64,000 nucleotides of DNA from Podarcis vaucheri (taxonomy: Eukaryota): assembly GCA_965113315.1 (NCBI GenBank), contig OZ220365.1. One strand, 5' to 3'. The position numbers were made by a program, and so were the translations under genes. This document shows, piece by piece, positions 38,173 through 50,872 of this stretch. Below the pieces are notes generated by a model, which saw only the letters and a list, made by a program, of their open reading frames with translations, was not told the origin of the DNA and ran no database searches. Numbering within the stretch: the stretch's first letter is position 1; each line of letters begins with the position of its first letter.

Positions 38173-39790
38173 CATCAAGACAATTGCACAAATCTCACAT
38201 GAAACATAATTTGGCTCATATACAGAATGTTCCATTGAGAACGATGGAAGTGAATTAATTTCAGATCAGTGAGAGATTCTTAAAGCTTTCCAGATCTCCT
38301 CAAAGATGTGCAAGTGACCTTAAATTTAATCAGAGAAAAAATTATTTAGTGTGCGAAGGCTTCAAACAGCTACACAGTTAAATTATAATTTTATTATATG
38401 TTTGCTTGGCATGTGAAACATATTTCAACAGAAGGTGGGAAAGGAATTGGAACAAAACTCATCTTGGCTGAGCAAACATTTGACAATGTGCTGTAGAAAA
38501 ACCCATCTGTCCTGGGAGGTATCAAACTGCACGAGATGTTGATGGTGCTAAAAATACCTTATTGACTCCCTAATCTCAGAATACGCTGTTTTTTTGCTAC
38601 ATGTATTGAATATTAATACAAAATTCAAATACGGAGAATGCATTCAGTCTGTAGCATGCACAATCTTCCCAAAGTTTAACATTTTTCAAGTCCAGTTGAA
38701 AAATGGGAAAGTTATTAATTCCCGTTGATACCCATGGGACTTGAAAACACTATATTTGGGCAGGGATCGTGCCCTTAGTGCTTTTTACACTGACAGTATT
38801 CCTGGTTAATTCTTCTGAGCTACATTAACACTGTGGAATCACAATGCATGTGAAACACACATGTATGGTTAATTGTGGTGAATTTCTGAGCTCATGGTGG
38901 ACTGTGCTGAGTTCTGTGTGTTGTTTGGCACAAACACGGCTAGGAGGAGGAAGGATCATAGCTCAGTAACAGAGATGATCCTACATCCAGTGCCTGGCAC
39001 ATTAGAAAATGGTCTCTGAGAGCAGGTGACAGAAGACACCTGTCTATCTAGAATGCTGGAGAGCAGCTGCCATTATTGTGCTAGATTGGGCTGGACTACA
39101 ACTTCCATCCAGTATAGCCAGCATGGCCAATAGTAAGGGGTGGTGGGACTAGGAGTCCAACAACATCTGGAGGTTGGCATGGTGAATTCCCCTGGGCTAG
39201 TGATCTGAGGCAAGTGGCCCTGTTTGCTGCTGCTTGAAGTCAGTATGGCTTCACTAAAAACCATGGCTATTACTGCAGAGAGGGCAGTGAAAGCTGGTCC
39301 TCTGTTTTCCTCAGACATAAACTGAACTTGTATTTCCCCTGCCCTGCAAATCTAAGATTTCTAGGATATCTCTGTTGACACAGATAAGGAGTTTCAGAGT
39401 GCTCTGGCTCCATACCCTGAGCAGGATGTATTGGGTCAATGACAAAATATTGTGAGTGTGAAGATTAGCCCCTTTTCCACACCCAATTCTGGAAATCAGA
39501 GATAAGAAGCCTGCTGTTGTTTATGTGAGGATCACATCCTGGAATGTGTCAAAAAATCTGATTCTACCAGGATTTATGTTTCTGTCTTTTAGCTCGCTTT
39601 AGCTTCTGATTAACATTTAGAACGTGGGTAGACAACAAACTCCCATAATCCCTACCCATTGGCTATGCAGGCAGAGGCTGATGCAAGTTGGAGTCCAACA
39701 GTAGCTAGAGGGCATGCCATTGACTCCTCTGATCTAGAACAAACACATCTGACATTGAAATGACCTCCAAGAGTTGCTGTTAACAACTAC

Positions 39791-40005
39791 AGATAGGTAG
39801 CCGTGTTGGTCTGCCATAGTCAAAATAAAAAAAATCCTTCCAGTAGCACCTTAAAGACCAACTAAGTTAGTTCTTGGTATGAGTTTTCGTGTGCATGCAC
39901 ACCTGCATGCATACATGTGTATCTGAAGAAGTGTGCATGCACACGAAAGCTCATACCAAGAACTAACTTAGTTGGTCTTTAAGGTGCTACTGGAAGGAAT
40001 TTTTT
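39791..40005. mobile_element. Penelope-like element, inverted (palindromic) terminal-repeat pair with hammerhead motif
   Basis: About 70-bp inverted arms; CTGAAGA...GAAAGCTC core at 39923; 13-bp TSD TGTTAACAACTAC at 39778-39790 and 40006-40018. Confidence 0.88.
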
Positions 40006-40357
40006 TGTTAACAACTACTGATTTACAAAAAAACCTGTCAATTTTGTATCCTTATTCTTGGCACAAATTATTCTGTATATAGAGGAACAGGTGGATCATT
40101 CCATTCATTTGGACTGCTCTTAACCATTTTTGGGAGACTGACTAAAGGCTCCCCTTCACAGCTTGCTCTACAATAGTAACATTCCAGATCTTTGTGTTTT
40201 GAAGTGTCACCTCCAAGCTATCGATCCACCTTATCATCGCTGCAGCTGTCGGACCAGAGCAGCAAATTCTTTGCAGTCCTGGCTTACAAGTTCTACCCTT
40301 AGGAAGGTTAGCTGGGGTTTAACCCAAACACATTTTAAAACAGTACTCCTGTATATA

Positions 40358-41311
40358 CACCCTTGTGCAAATTAATTGAAACAAAACATGTTTTCTGTCT
40401 TACTCATAATCCTGTACTCAAAACGAACACGAAAAGTCAGTTGATCGTTGTGGTGTCGGCCTATAGAAGGAATGATGTGCTCACCACAAATATATTGAGG
40501 TTCTACGAAAGAGAGTTATTCCACAGCTGGAAAAGAGGTGTCCTGGCAGTACTGGGATATTGCAGCAGGACCTAGCCCCCTGTCACACATCAAAAGTGGT
40601 GAAGAAATTCATGACAGAGCAGCAAATACAGGTACAGTCATGCCCCACAAGACGAATGCCTCACAAGACGAAAAACTCGCTAGACGAAAGGGTTTTGCGG
40701 TTTTTAAGCTGCTTCGCAAGATGAATTTCCCTATGGGCTTGCTTCGCAAGACGAAAACGTCTTGCAAGTTTGTTTCCTTTTTCTTAACACCGTTAATACA
40801 GTTGCGACTTGACTTCGAGGAGCAACTCATAGCACGCGGTGTGGTAGCCTTTTTTGAGGTTTTTGAAGACTTTGGTGATTTTTGAAGCTTTTCCAAAACT
40901 TTTCCGACACCGTGCTTCGCAAGACGAAAAATTCGCTAGACGAAAAAACTCGCGGAACGAATTAATTTCGTCTTGCGAGGCACCACTGTACTTGATTGGC
41001 CAGGGAATTCCCTGGATGTAAATCCCATTGAAAATTTGTGGGCTGTATGCAAAAGTCGCTTCCTTGCTGTAGACTGTACGACTATGGAGAAGCTCATTCA
41101 GGTGCTGATTCAAGTGTGGTACAGGGATCCAAAAATCAACAGTAACTGTTTGAAACTAGTAGACTGCATGCCAAACCGTGTTCAAATGCTGCTTAAAAAT
41201 AGCGGAGGACATATCCGTTACTAATGTACGTATATGTGAGTTTTGTACATGTATATATGGGTTTTGTACAATAAACGGCATTGTTTGTTTCAATTAATTT
41301 GCACAAGGGTG
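40358..41311 (+). mobile_element. Internally deleted Tc1 (DD34E) transposon with transposase C-terminus
   Basis: Perfect TIR CACCCTTGTGCAAATTAATTGAAACA and TA TSD; removing the nested MITE gives LQQDLAPCHTSK...VLDWPGNSLDVNPIENLW with 34 residues between D and E. Confidence 0.95.
40635..40988. mobile_element. Tc1/mariner MITE (GCAAGACGAA subterminal-repeat family) nested in Tc1
   Basis: TA-CAGT...CACCACTG-TA; relative at 45689-46104. Confidence 0.92.
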
Positions 41312-43083
41312 TAGTTACAAGCTACCCAAATTTCTGCCTAGCAGAGCATGAAATTCCAGGGGTCTTGGCCCTCCACCAGGGTCTGTGTTCTTTTGTGGAA
41401 ATAAGGTACAATGGAGGCTAGTATCTGAATGATATATGGTTTATTTTACACATATATACAGCCTTCAGTCTTCAACAGAGGGCGTGCATAGCAACACCAT
41501 CCCAAAACATGCCAGCTTATCTTTATGGCAGTATCACCAGCATCCTTTTTGCTCTGCAGCCTATCTTGGTCTCCAGGGTGCATACAAGCATGGCTGCTTC
41601 TCAGCTTCCTAGCACCATCTTCCCTAATTCTGCTGTTCCTAAAAACTACGGTAAGTCCCCTTTATTCATTTGCATTCAAATACCCAGTTATTTCACTGCT
41701 TTGACATACTAATTGTTAATCCGCAAGGCGGCACCTAACAAAGGAGTTTGTCTGACTTGATGAACACTTGTTGATTGACTAGGATTAAACACTTAGGATG
41801 TTTACCTCAGTTAATTAACTCTTCACGTGCTAATTGCTGATGCTCAGAAGTATGTCCATATACATATTCTAAAAACAGGAATCTTTATTACATTCTCAGG
41901 TCTGATACACAGTCTTTACACATAAACACTAATTAAACACCTCAAACCCATCACATTTGCCCCTTCTAATCCACGTTGAGACTGTCTTATAACATACAAG
42001 TTCTAATTAAATCCTAATATTTACTAAGCCTGGACATTTAGCACCATAGATCTCTTACAATATTTTGCTAGGTCGTACTTTGCTGCAAAGGTCAGAAGAG
42101 TGAAATAGCACTTAAATGTCACAGTAAATTAGAGAAACATGGGGGATTCAGATTAGTCAGCTAAGAGGGCAAAAGTTCTGATCAACAAATAGGAGCCCCA
42201 CTAGTGGATTTATCACCCTCCTCAAAAACAACAGCCCCCATTTGGTTTATTCAATCATTATTCCAGGCGAGCATCTCTACCGTCACCTAGTAGGGCTGAG
42301 ACTCCATAAGCTTACAGCCTCATTTTACACAGAGAGTCATTTCTCCAAGTTTTTCAGTGGACAGCAAAACAGAGGGTGGTGGTGTTTGCTTCAAAAAGCT
42401 ATTTTCTTTCTCTTTTTGGTTGTTTCTGGTGGCGGTGGCAAAACACACACTCTTATTTCAAGTTCCACTGCTTGATTTCTCCAAGGCTGCTCAGCAACAG
42501 CATCATTCAAAGCCACTCTGGTGGCAAAAAAGGGCTGCTATCATAAAAGATAGCAGCTACCCATGATTCAAGAGCTGCAGCCTAAGACTGGGCACTTTTG
42601 TGAGAAACTGCACTTGAGACACACACTTTAGTAGAACTTCCATTTCATTATGATCATTACTGGTCCCATGATGCAGTGAAACTTTAAATATGCAACAAGT
42701 GTTTATGGGACAATAACAGACCCATTAAAAACCAGCATAGGCACCATCTCGGGGGGGGGGGGGGACGGGGACGGGGACAGACACACAATTTTTACTGCAG
42801 GTGCCTGGCCGTTGTGCCCTCCCTTTGTAGTGGCGATGTGTCTTGTCACATGTGTGCGCTGGGCAGCCACAATGTTGGGTGGAACACAGCGTGTCTGAAT
42901 ACCAGTCTGGATCCAAACATTTCTAACAATATTTATTCTTTGGTTTTAGTTCAGGTTCCTTTCCCCCCCATCCTGCCCCACCTGGGAGTTTTTCAGGTCA
43001 CACAACTTGGGATTACACAATGGCACTGGAAAAGAAGAAGAGGAGAACTGAACCAATATAATAAGCCCTTGCAATTATCAGTA

Positions 43084-43575
43084 CAGTGGCACCTCGGGTT
43101 ACAGGTGCTTCAGGTTACAGACTCCGCTAAGACAGAAACAGTACCTTGGGTTAAGAACTTTGCTTCAGGATGAGAACAGAAATCATGCAGCGGCCATGGC
43201 AGCGCAGCAGCAGCAGGAGGCCTCATTAGCTAACGAGGTATCTCAGGTTAAGAACAGTTTCAGGTTAAGAACGGACCTGCAGAACGAATTACCGTATTTT
43301 TCACTCTATAAGATGCACCAGACCACAAGACGCACCTAGTTTTTGGAGGAGGAAAACAAGAAAAAAAATATTCTGAATCTTAGAAGCCAGAACAGCAAGA
43401 GGGATCACTGCGCAGTCAAAGCAGCAATCCCTCTTGCTGTTCTGGCTTCTGGGATAGCTGTGCAGTCTGCATTCGCTCCCTAAGACGCACACACATTTCC
43501 CCTTATCTTTTAGGAGGGAAAAAGTGAGTCTTATAGAGCAAAAAATACGGTAAGTTCTTAACCGAGGTACTACTG
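43084..43575 (-). mobile_element. CAGTGGTACCTCGG-family MITE containing a nested MITE
   Basis: TIRs with TA flanks; host sequence rejoins across 43292-43550. Confidence 0.9.
43292..43550 (-). mobile_element. CCGTATTTT-family MITE
   Basis: TA-CCGTATTTTT...AAAAATACGG-TA. Confidence 0.92.
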
Positions 43576-44694
43576 TATTGTTAGTTTTGCATTGAGTTTA
43601 TTTGCGTGAAGCTCTGGCCTCAGACTAAAGTACAGACAAGGGCAATGCTGCATAATGTGTATCACTACTGCATGAAATTCTGCTTTTTTAAAAAAAAATA
43701 TGACGGGAGATTCTGAGCTAGAGATGGAGGAAATATCAGCTTACTGCAAACTTTGTGGAGGGGTATGAAGAAGCAACAGGCAAAATGACAAGGACCTTCC
43801 AAAACAATGAAAACCATGCATACAAATGACTTATTAAATAGCACGACAGAACTACCTGTGTAATAAACATATATATATTTAAGGTGGCCAATGGCGTGCA
43901 ACAATGGCAACAATTTCTCCAGACACTTCAAATTGTTATGACAAGATCTCCTGACTTGCATCCTGTTTCATGCTCCATCAGAACAAATGGATAATTTCTC
44001 ACAGATGGCAGCTGTAGACCCGTTTTTGGGGTGTCCCTGTCATTTTGTTAGTTGCTTTCATATATTTTGTGGACCCTCTCCTCTGCTTTCGATTGGGTCT
44101 ATAAAGAAGGCAGCCAAAATGAACACACACCATGTAACACTGATATACTTCGCGACGCTGATTTCACATAATAACTGTCATGTGAAGTGTTCCTACCACT
44201 GAAGATTTGCATATCCCAATTGACTAGAAGATGTATTAAGTCTGATTTAGTTAATTCTCGAAGATAACAGCAATCCCTTCAAACATCCCACAGGAATCTG
44301 TGATGAATTGCCACTTCTGCATTGGGATTAACTATTTCTGCCCTACTTGAGAGCAATATTCTTTCACAGCACATTTTCTCACGAATAATGAAGCATTTGG
44401 GAAAGGGCCGCAGGTCAGTGGAGCAGCATCTCCTTTACAGGGAGGCTCAATCCCTGATATCTCTAGTCAAAGAGGATCAGGAGCGGATGATGCAAAAGAT
44501 CTGTGCCCAATAACCTGGAAAGATACTGCCAATCAGAGTAGACAATACTGGCTAAATGGACCAATCGTCTGGGCTGGCACAAGATAACTGACTGCCACAA
44601 ATTCACAATGCAGTCACTGTAAGTTGTAAGTCGTGCCTAAGTTTAGCATGTGTGAAGTGTTTGTGTGTGTAAACAGCACCATTCTGTAGCCAAT

Positions 44695-45309
44695 TGGTGG
44701 GCTCTGCGTTGATCCCGGACGGGAGGAAGGAAGTCAAATGACACCGAGGGTTGGTTCAGAGAAAGAGTTCTTTATCTCTGCTCTCCGGAGCAGCAGAAAG
44801 GCACTTGCATGGTTAGTCCACAGCAAGTCCAAAGAAATGAGAAATTTCATGCAGTATATATATCCTCCAGGCACCCACTCCCCCCTTCCCCAGGAATCCA
44901 CCCACGTCAGCTTGTACACGCAGGTTGACCTCACAGATGTTTCTGCTCCGGTACTCTTAACCATAAAAGGGTTTTCCTTCCTGTACTTCTGACCATAAAA
45001 GTGTATTCCTGTTCCTATACTCTTATCTTGGAGCAAGAGGTCACCAACTCCAAGAACACACACTGGCGCTGTTCCCGGACTAGGTCTGTTCGTCAGAGTG
45101 TGGTAAGATAAGACCCAGACATGTCATCCCTACTCTACTGGAACATCCAAGGTCGTCCATTTCATTGACTGATAAAGGAGAGAGCTTTGTTTATACAGCT
45201 GTGTTCTTGTTGTGCATTTGCTCAACAGCTCAAGTTAATGCATTTTAGAAATGCTTTCTTGGAGAAAGAAGAAAGGGGGGGTTGGGTCCCGTTTCAAACT
45301 GACTGCACA
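44695..45309 (-). mobile_element. Solo LTR (ERV-like), same family as 47686-48293
   Basis: Minus strand TGTGCAGTCAG...CCACCA, TATATA box; aligns end to end with the inverted copy. Confidence 0.8.
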
Positions 45310-45688
45310 GAAACCCATTCCTTCATTTCAACTACATTTCCCAACCATTCTTTAATTTTATTTGACTCACACATAGTGTTCTCTTGCAGATATACCATGC
45401 AGTGTGCATCATTTCAATTCACATTGACTAAAAAAACCCCCAAATGAGTCCTGTTTCTGTAGTAGGGGTGGGTGTTTCACTTTGCAAAATCCAATGAAAT
45501 GGGTCACTCGTTTGCTTGACGGTAAACGTTGTTCATAGGCTAGCTAACTGACTGAGGGGAGGAGGTTACCAGCTCTCTGAGTTTTCACTAGCTCTGAAAT
45601 TGTTGAAAGAAATATAAACAATAATGTCATTTTCTAAGTGCTAAAGGACCAGATTAGGAATGCTGTTTCTCCAGCACATTGCCATTTA

Positions 45689-46104
45689 CAGTGGTGCCCC
45701 GCAAGACGAAATTAATTCGTTCCTCAAGTTTTGTCATCTAGCGAATTTTTCGTCTTGCAAATCACGAAATCCCATAGGAATGCATTGAAAATCAATTAAT
45801 GCGTTCCTATGGTCAAAAAAAGTCCAAACAAAGCCAAATTTGGTACAACAACAGTTTATTAACTGCTCTTTAAAGTCACACATACTGTAAAGAGCAGTTC
45901 AAAAATTGAAGGGAAAATAAATTAACTTTATAAACAAAACATGTCTTTGTTTTTAGACAAAGGAAACAAAGTCGCGAGACGTTTTCGTCTTGCGAAGCAA
46001 GCCCATAGGTGAAATTCGTCTTGCGAGGCAAATCGAAAACGGAAAAACCTTTCGTCTAGCGAGTTTTTTGTCTTGCGAGGCATTCGTCTTGCGAGGTACC
46101 ACTG
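45689..46104. mobile_element. Tc1/mariner MITE (GCAAGACGAA family)
   Basis: TA-CAGTGGTGCCCCGCAAGACGAA ... TTCGTCTTGCGAGGTACCACTG-TA. Confidence 0.92.
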
Positions 46105-46368
46105 TATTCCTTCCACACAGTGCACTTTTGTTTTGGGATCTCCAAATAATGGGCTATTGCAGAAAGCTCTCTCCAAGTGTCGGAATTTAGGCTGGTTCCA
46201 TTAGCACTAGTTCTGAGTGCAATCGGCTGGGATTACCTAACATGTTCCGCTTGACCAGTGGGGCTTCCCCCCCTCCCCCACATACCCTGCAAACTGGCTT
46301 GGGGAGGGTGTCGGGAGACCCTTTAGAACAATGCACAGGGAGAAGAGCTGGGGGATCGTTCAATCTGA

Positions 46369-47067
46369 TGTTGTAAACAAAAATCTGTCCTTTTCCCTTA
46401 TGGGGCATCCAAGAGCCCATATAGAGTCCTTAAGTAGGTTCCCTATTGGTAGGAGAAAATAAACAAAAGCCAACCAGAGAATATTGAGAAGCAAAGCAGT
46501 TAGTAAGCCTGATCTTTATTGATCTGTTGCAACAGGAAAGGAGGAGGACCTAGAACCCAGGTGTGTCCGCCCTTATATAGACATTTTAAATTGCCTGCCC
46601 TGGAGTTCAAGACCACCACCACCCGAAACATCATACATACATCACAGAAGGGGCGTAGCTCAAGACCAACCCCCAGACACATCATACCTACATCACAGAA
46701 AGGGCGGTCTGCAACAGAAATCTGAGTGTGTTGTTTATCTCCTGTCTGGCAAGTTACCTGTTAATGCTTACTTGACTGGATACCCTGAGGAGCCTGGCCA
46801 GTCTTTTGTAATGATAAATACTTAGTTTCAGGTCACAGGCTCACACCCTATTCATATCTTAAATGTGCCCTTAAGACAGGATTTGTGAAGGAAAAGACAA
46901 TGGGAAGGCTTTTCCATTTTCCTTTGACCTTGCAGAGAAAACATTTGGTCAGTTTGGGAATCAAAAATGGTTTCAGGTTGGTCTTCCTGTGCTGATCTAT
47001 GTATGTGCTTGGTTGGTACGTTTATGAACATTTAATATATATCTAAGACCTTAAAATTCTTATCACA
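46369..47067 (-). mobile_element. Solo LTR (ERV-like, about 700 bp)
   Basis: Minus strand TGTGATAAG...TACAACA, TATATAA then AATAAA, U3-type direct repeats (ACATCATAC.TACATCACAGAA x2), near-TSD CTGA/ATGA. Confidence 0.78.
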
Positions 47068-47685
47068 ATGACAACCTTAGTGCTTGTACGGATGGCACAA
47101 CTGGAAGATTATGACGTTGAATTGCACTCAATGTGTCATACGGCTTGTATAAACACAGCTTCATCAAATATGTTTGCCTGCTGCATCTGAATTGTAGAAT
47201 TTGGTGAGATAAAAGAGTTGGTAGGCATAAAAGGTCAAAACATCACAGGAATGCTGCTGTTCTGGCGCACGCACATTACAATGTCATTAGAAAGCACAAA
47301 ACTTTATTACCCTACTGCTGATTTTCTCAATATATTACATACTGGATGATGGTTGCGTTGTTGCATATACTTTTGGCACTGATACATTGTCCTTAAGGAT
47401 TTGCTAATGTCTGCGAGCTGCTAATGTGCTTTATTGTGTTATATCTTCACTTGTAAATGGGAAATTATAAATGAATTTACCAGACTTTGATTAAAATTTG
47501 ATAAGACCACAGGGAAGCAAGTTATCAAAAGAAGAAAAGGATGCTTGTTACTTTATTATCTACTGTAGATAGATGGATTGTGTTTTTGATTGTGATTGTG
47601 TGATTGTATTTATTTTTTTCCTGAAACTTGAGGTCAATGAAGAGACACCTGAAAGGAATGGGCTTCCCAAATCTAAAAACCTGAC

Positions 47686-48293
47686 TGTACAGTCAGGCTG
47701 GAACGGGCCCCAAAATCTGCATTTTTCCTTCTCCAAGGGAGCATTTCTAAAATGCTTTAACTTGAGCTGTTGAGCAAATGTATAACAGGAACCCAGCTGT
47801 ATAAACAAAGCGCTCTCCTTTATCAGTCCGTGACGGCAATGGATGGCCTTGGCTGTTCCAGTGGAGCAGGGATGGCACTCTGTCTATCTTATCTTACATC
47901 CTGACCACACTCTGACACACAGACCTAGTCCAGGAACGGCGCCAGGAGTTGGTGACCTCTGGCTCCAAGATAAGAGTATAGGAACAGGAACACCCTTTTA
48001 TGGTCAAGAGTATAGGAAGAGGAAAACCCTTTTATGGTTAAGAGTAAGGAGCAGGAACATCTGTGATGTCAACTTGCGTGTATAAGCTGATGTGGCTGGA
48101 TTCCTAGGGAAGGGAGAGGGTGCCTGGAGGATATATATACTGCACGAAATCTCTCATTTCTTTGGACTTGCTGTGGACTGAACCACGCAAGTGCCTTCTG
48201 CTATCTGGAGAGCAGAATAAACTCTTTCTCTGAATCAACCTTGGTGTCATTTGACTTCCTTCCTCCCTCCCAGGAGCAACGCAGACCCCACCA
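47686..48293 (+). mobile_element. Solo LTR (ERV-like)
   Basis: TGTACAGTCAG...CCACCA, tandem AAGAGTA..GGA repeats, TATATATA at about 48132, AATAAA at about 48216. Confidence 0.82.
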
Positions 48294-48654
48294 GTCGGTA
48301 AAGTCTGATAAGGCTACACACCTAGATCAGTATGGTTGTTCAAATGGTTTGTCAGAGTCATGGCAAATTTTGAAAGGTTTCCAGACCTATTGTCATGGAC
48401 TAGCTGGATGTTGTGAGAGGCACCATCTGGGGAACACCCCCAAGGCAACCCCCAGAGTAAGAAGGCTCAGAGCCAGGGGATTGGTGGTGGGACAGCCAGA
48501 AGTGGTCAGAGGGAGAAGAGAGGGCAGACTGGGAAGGGACTCATCCCCCGCCAGAGGTACTACCCCTCCCTTAACACCCCAGACGCCAGAGACATCTGCA
48601 TAGGTACTTCCAACCCAATGCTCCAATCCAAATACAATAGTAATACAGCTAAAA

Positions 48655-48915
48655 GAGCCAGTGTGGTGATGTAGTAATTAAAAGCGGTAGTCTCGTAATC
48701 TGGTGAATTGGGTTCGCGTCTCCACTCCTCCACATGCAGCTGCTGGGTGAACTTGGGCTAGTCACACTTCTCTGAAGTCTCTCAGCCCCACTCACCTCAC
48801 AGAGTGTTTGTTGTGGGGGAGGAAGGGAAAGGAGATTGTTAGTTGCTTTGAGACTCCTTCGGGTAGTGATAAAGTGGGATATCAAATCCAAACTCCTCCT
48901 CCTCTTCTTCTTCTT
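48655..48915 (+). mobile_element. Squam3-type SINE
   Basis: GAGCCAGTGTGGTG head, (CTC/CTT)n tail. Confidence 0.92.
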
Positions 48916-49328
48916 AAAAAACAAAACAAAGACCCACAAATTGTGCATTGATGCTTTGCAGTTTTGCTTCATCTTCCACCAAGCACTAAAGATCCTTCCT
49001 GGTCAAATCAATAATCAATAATAAGGAGAGCGAGAGAGAAAGGGAGGGAGGGAGGGAGGGAGGGAGGGAGGGAGGGAGCGGCTTTGACCACTTCGTGGGT
49101 AGGTTCTCAGTAAAATATGTTTTTTTTGCTACAGTTCAGGAGGCTGCTTTGTACAGAAATAAATCTGGGAATACTCAGAACAGAAGAAAAATTCTACTTG
49201 GCTTGCTAAATTGCCAGGGCTTCAGAGTCAAAAGCCCAGGCTATTTGGGAGCGTCTTTTTGAGCTGCCTGCTAACTCCTGTGCTCCAACTGGCTGGATTG
49301 CCTTTAAGGACGCAGATAAAGATTAAGA

Positions 49329-49463
49329 CAGGCTTCCTCAAACTTGGCCCTCCAGATGTTTTTGGCCTACAACTCCCATGATCCTAGCTAGCAGGACCAG
49401 TGGTCAGAGATGATGGGAATTGTAGTCTCAAAACATCTGAAGGGCTGAGTTTGAGGAAGCCTG
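49329..49463. mobile_element. hAT MITE
   Basis: TIR CAGGCTTCCTCAAACT, perfect 8-bp TSD GATTAAGA; older relatives at about 15374-15497, 39080-39190 and 39620-39730. Confidence 0.92.
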
Positions 49464-49781
49464 GATTAAGAAATCAGAAGCCCTACCAGGTTGCTCTACC
49501 AGTTGCTATGTGACGGTATTTTTTCTGCCCTGAGATGGGAGGGGGACACTTCGAGGTATAGCAATTGTTTTGGCTAGGCCAATAGGATTGGCCAGAGAAT
49601 GTGAGATTGGCAGAAATGGTTGCAGCAGTAGAAATGAAAGACTAAGGAGTAGGCAGGAAACAGAAGACAGAGTGGTTTTTAATTTGGAGGTAAAGTTTTA
49701 ATTCCTCTTTTAAACTCCCATGTGATGGGGCAGTGCCCTTGGTGCCCTAGTTGGCCAGCCTGTGATTATGTGGTGAGAGAT

Positions 49782-50569
49782 TTGCGTGTCGAGGTCCCCA
49801 GGGCCACCCCAATAACTCACACATCACACGGAATTTTTGTTTAAGATTTTTGGCATAATTTTGGCCACAACTTTATTAAAATACAAACAAGTGAGTGGTT
49901 GCTCAGGCATTGGTTGCGACTATCTACCCCCACCGTGGGGGACAGTCTGACATTCCGCATGCCTGCGAAAGTCAGAAAAGGGGAATACACTTGGGGGTAG
50001 CGACGGAGCAGGGAACCTGCCCTCAGCCCTCCCCAAATGCAACCAGGAGCTCATTGCTATGGCCCGAGCCCCCTTGACAGAGTGGACAAGCAATAGTTAG
50101 CCCCCGATTCCTTTAACAGAATCCCTTGCAGCAACAGCATTAGAGGGGCAGGCATAGCCAATCCATGCCCCTCAACCAACCAAACCATAAACCAATGCCT
50201 AACCACAACCTTACAAGTTGTGGCGATTTGCTACGCAGTAGGCAAAAACCAAATGGCCCCAGCCAATCAGCCAGATGGACAAAATTCCTACCGGGCCCCT
50301 GCCCCAATAGCAGATGACCCCATGACAGGTATAGCAAGATCAACGCGAACAACCCTAATTCTAGAGAGGGGGGGTGGGCAATCTGATGCACGGGGCGAAA
50401 AGAGGAAGCTCCACACCTCGTGCAGAGAGTTTTAGCATTTCTGGCTGTCAATCAACAAATGGCAACATTAACTTCTTCCCAACAACAAGGGAAGCCCAAT
50501 CGTATCAGTGGCCAACGGCCAATTAGCCCGCCCCACAACTTTGGAGTGTCCTGACGGCCCCCACCGCAA
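49782..50569 (-). mobile_element. Probable Ngaro/DIRS terminal-repeat remnant
   Basis: Minus-strand 3' end AATAAAGTTGTGGCCAAAATTATGCC...GGGGTGGC...ACGCAA resembles 61017-61118; termini TTGCG/CGCAA. Confidence 0.55.
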
Positions 50570-50610
50570 CACGGGCTCTCCATGAAGGAGAACACGCTTT
50601 AGCAAATAGC

Positions 50611-50850
50611 TGTCAGGGACTGGGCAGAGGAGGAATGGTGGAAACCGCCTCCCCATCCTGACCCTTCCAGGAAGCAGGAAGAGGAAGACAGTATAGATTT
50701 ACAACTGGGGTTTGAGGGAGGTCGCAGCTCAGAGGCAGATGAGGGGAAAAGTTGGGAAATCATGGAAGAGAAGGAGCAGGCAGAGCCGGAGCAGCAGCTG
50801 GCTGATACATTGTCAGTAGAAAGCATTCCAGACCCTCCATCTCGGCGAGC
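50611..50850 (+). mobile_element. 5' part of an LTR-like repeat
   Basis: Starts TGTCAGGGACTGG; related starts at 13527 and 48391. Confidence 0.45.
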
Positions 50851-50872
50851 CTTAAAAGTAGGAGGGCAAAGA

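Noticed and set aside
40600-40990. Overlapping ORFs on both strands with repeated LAS/FSSCEA peptides
   Set aside because: Caused by subterminal repeats of a non-coding MITE.
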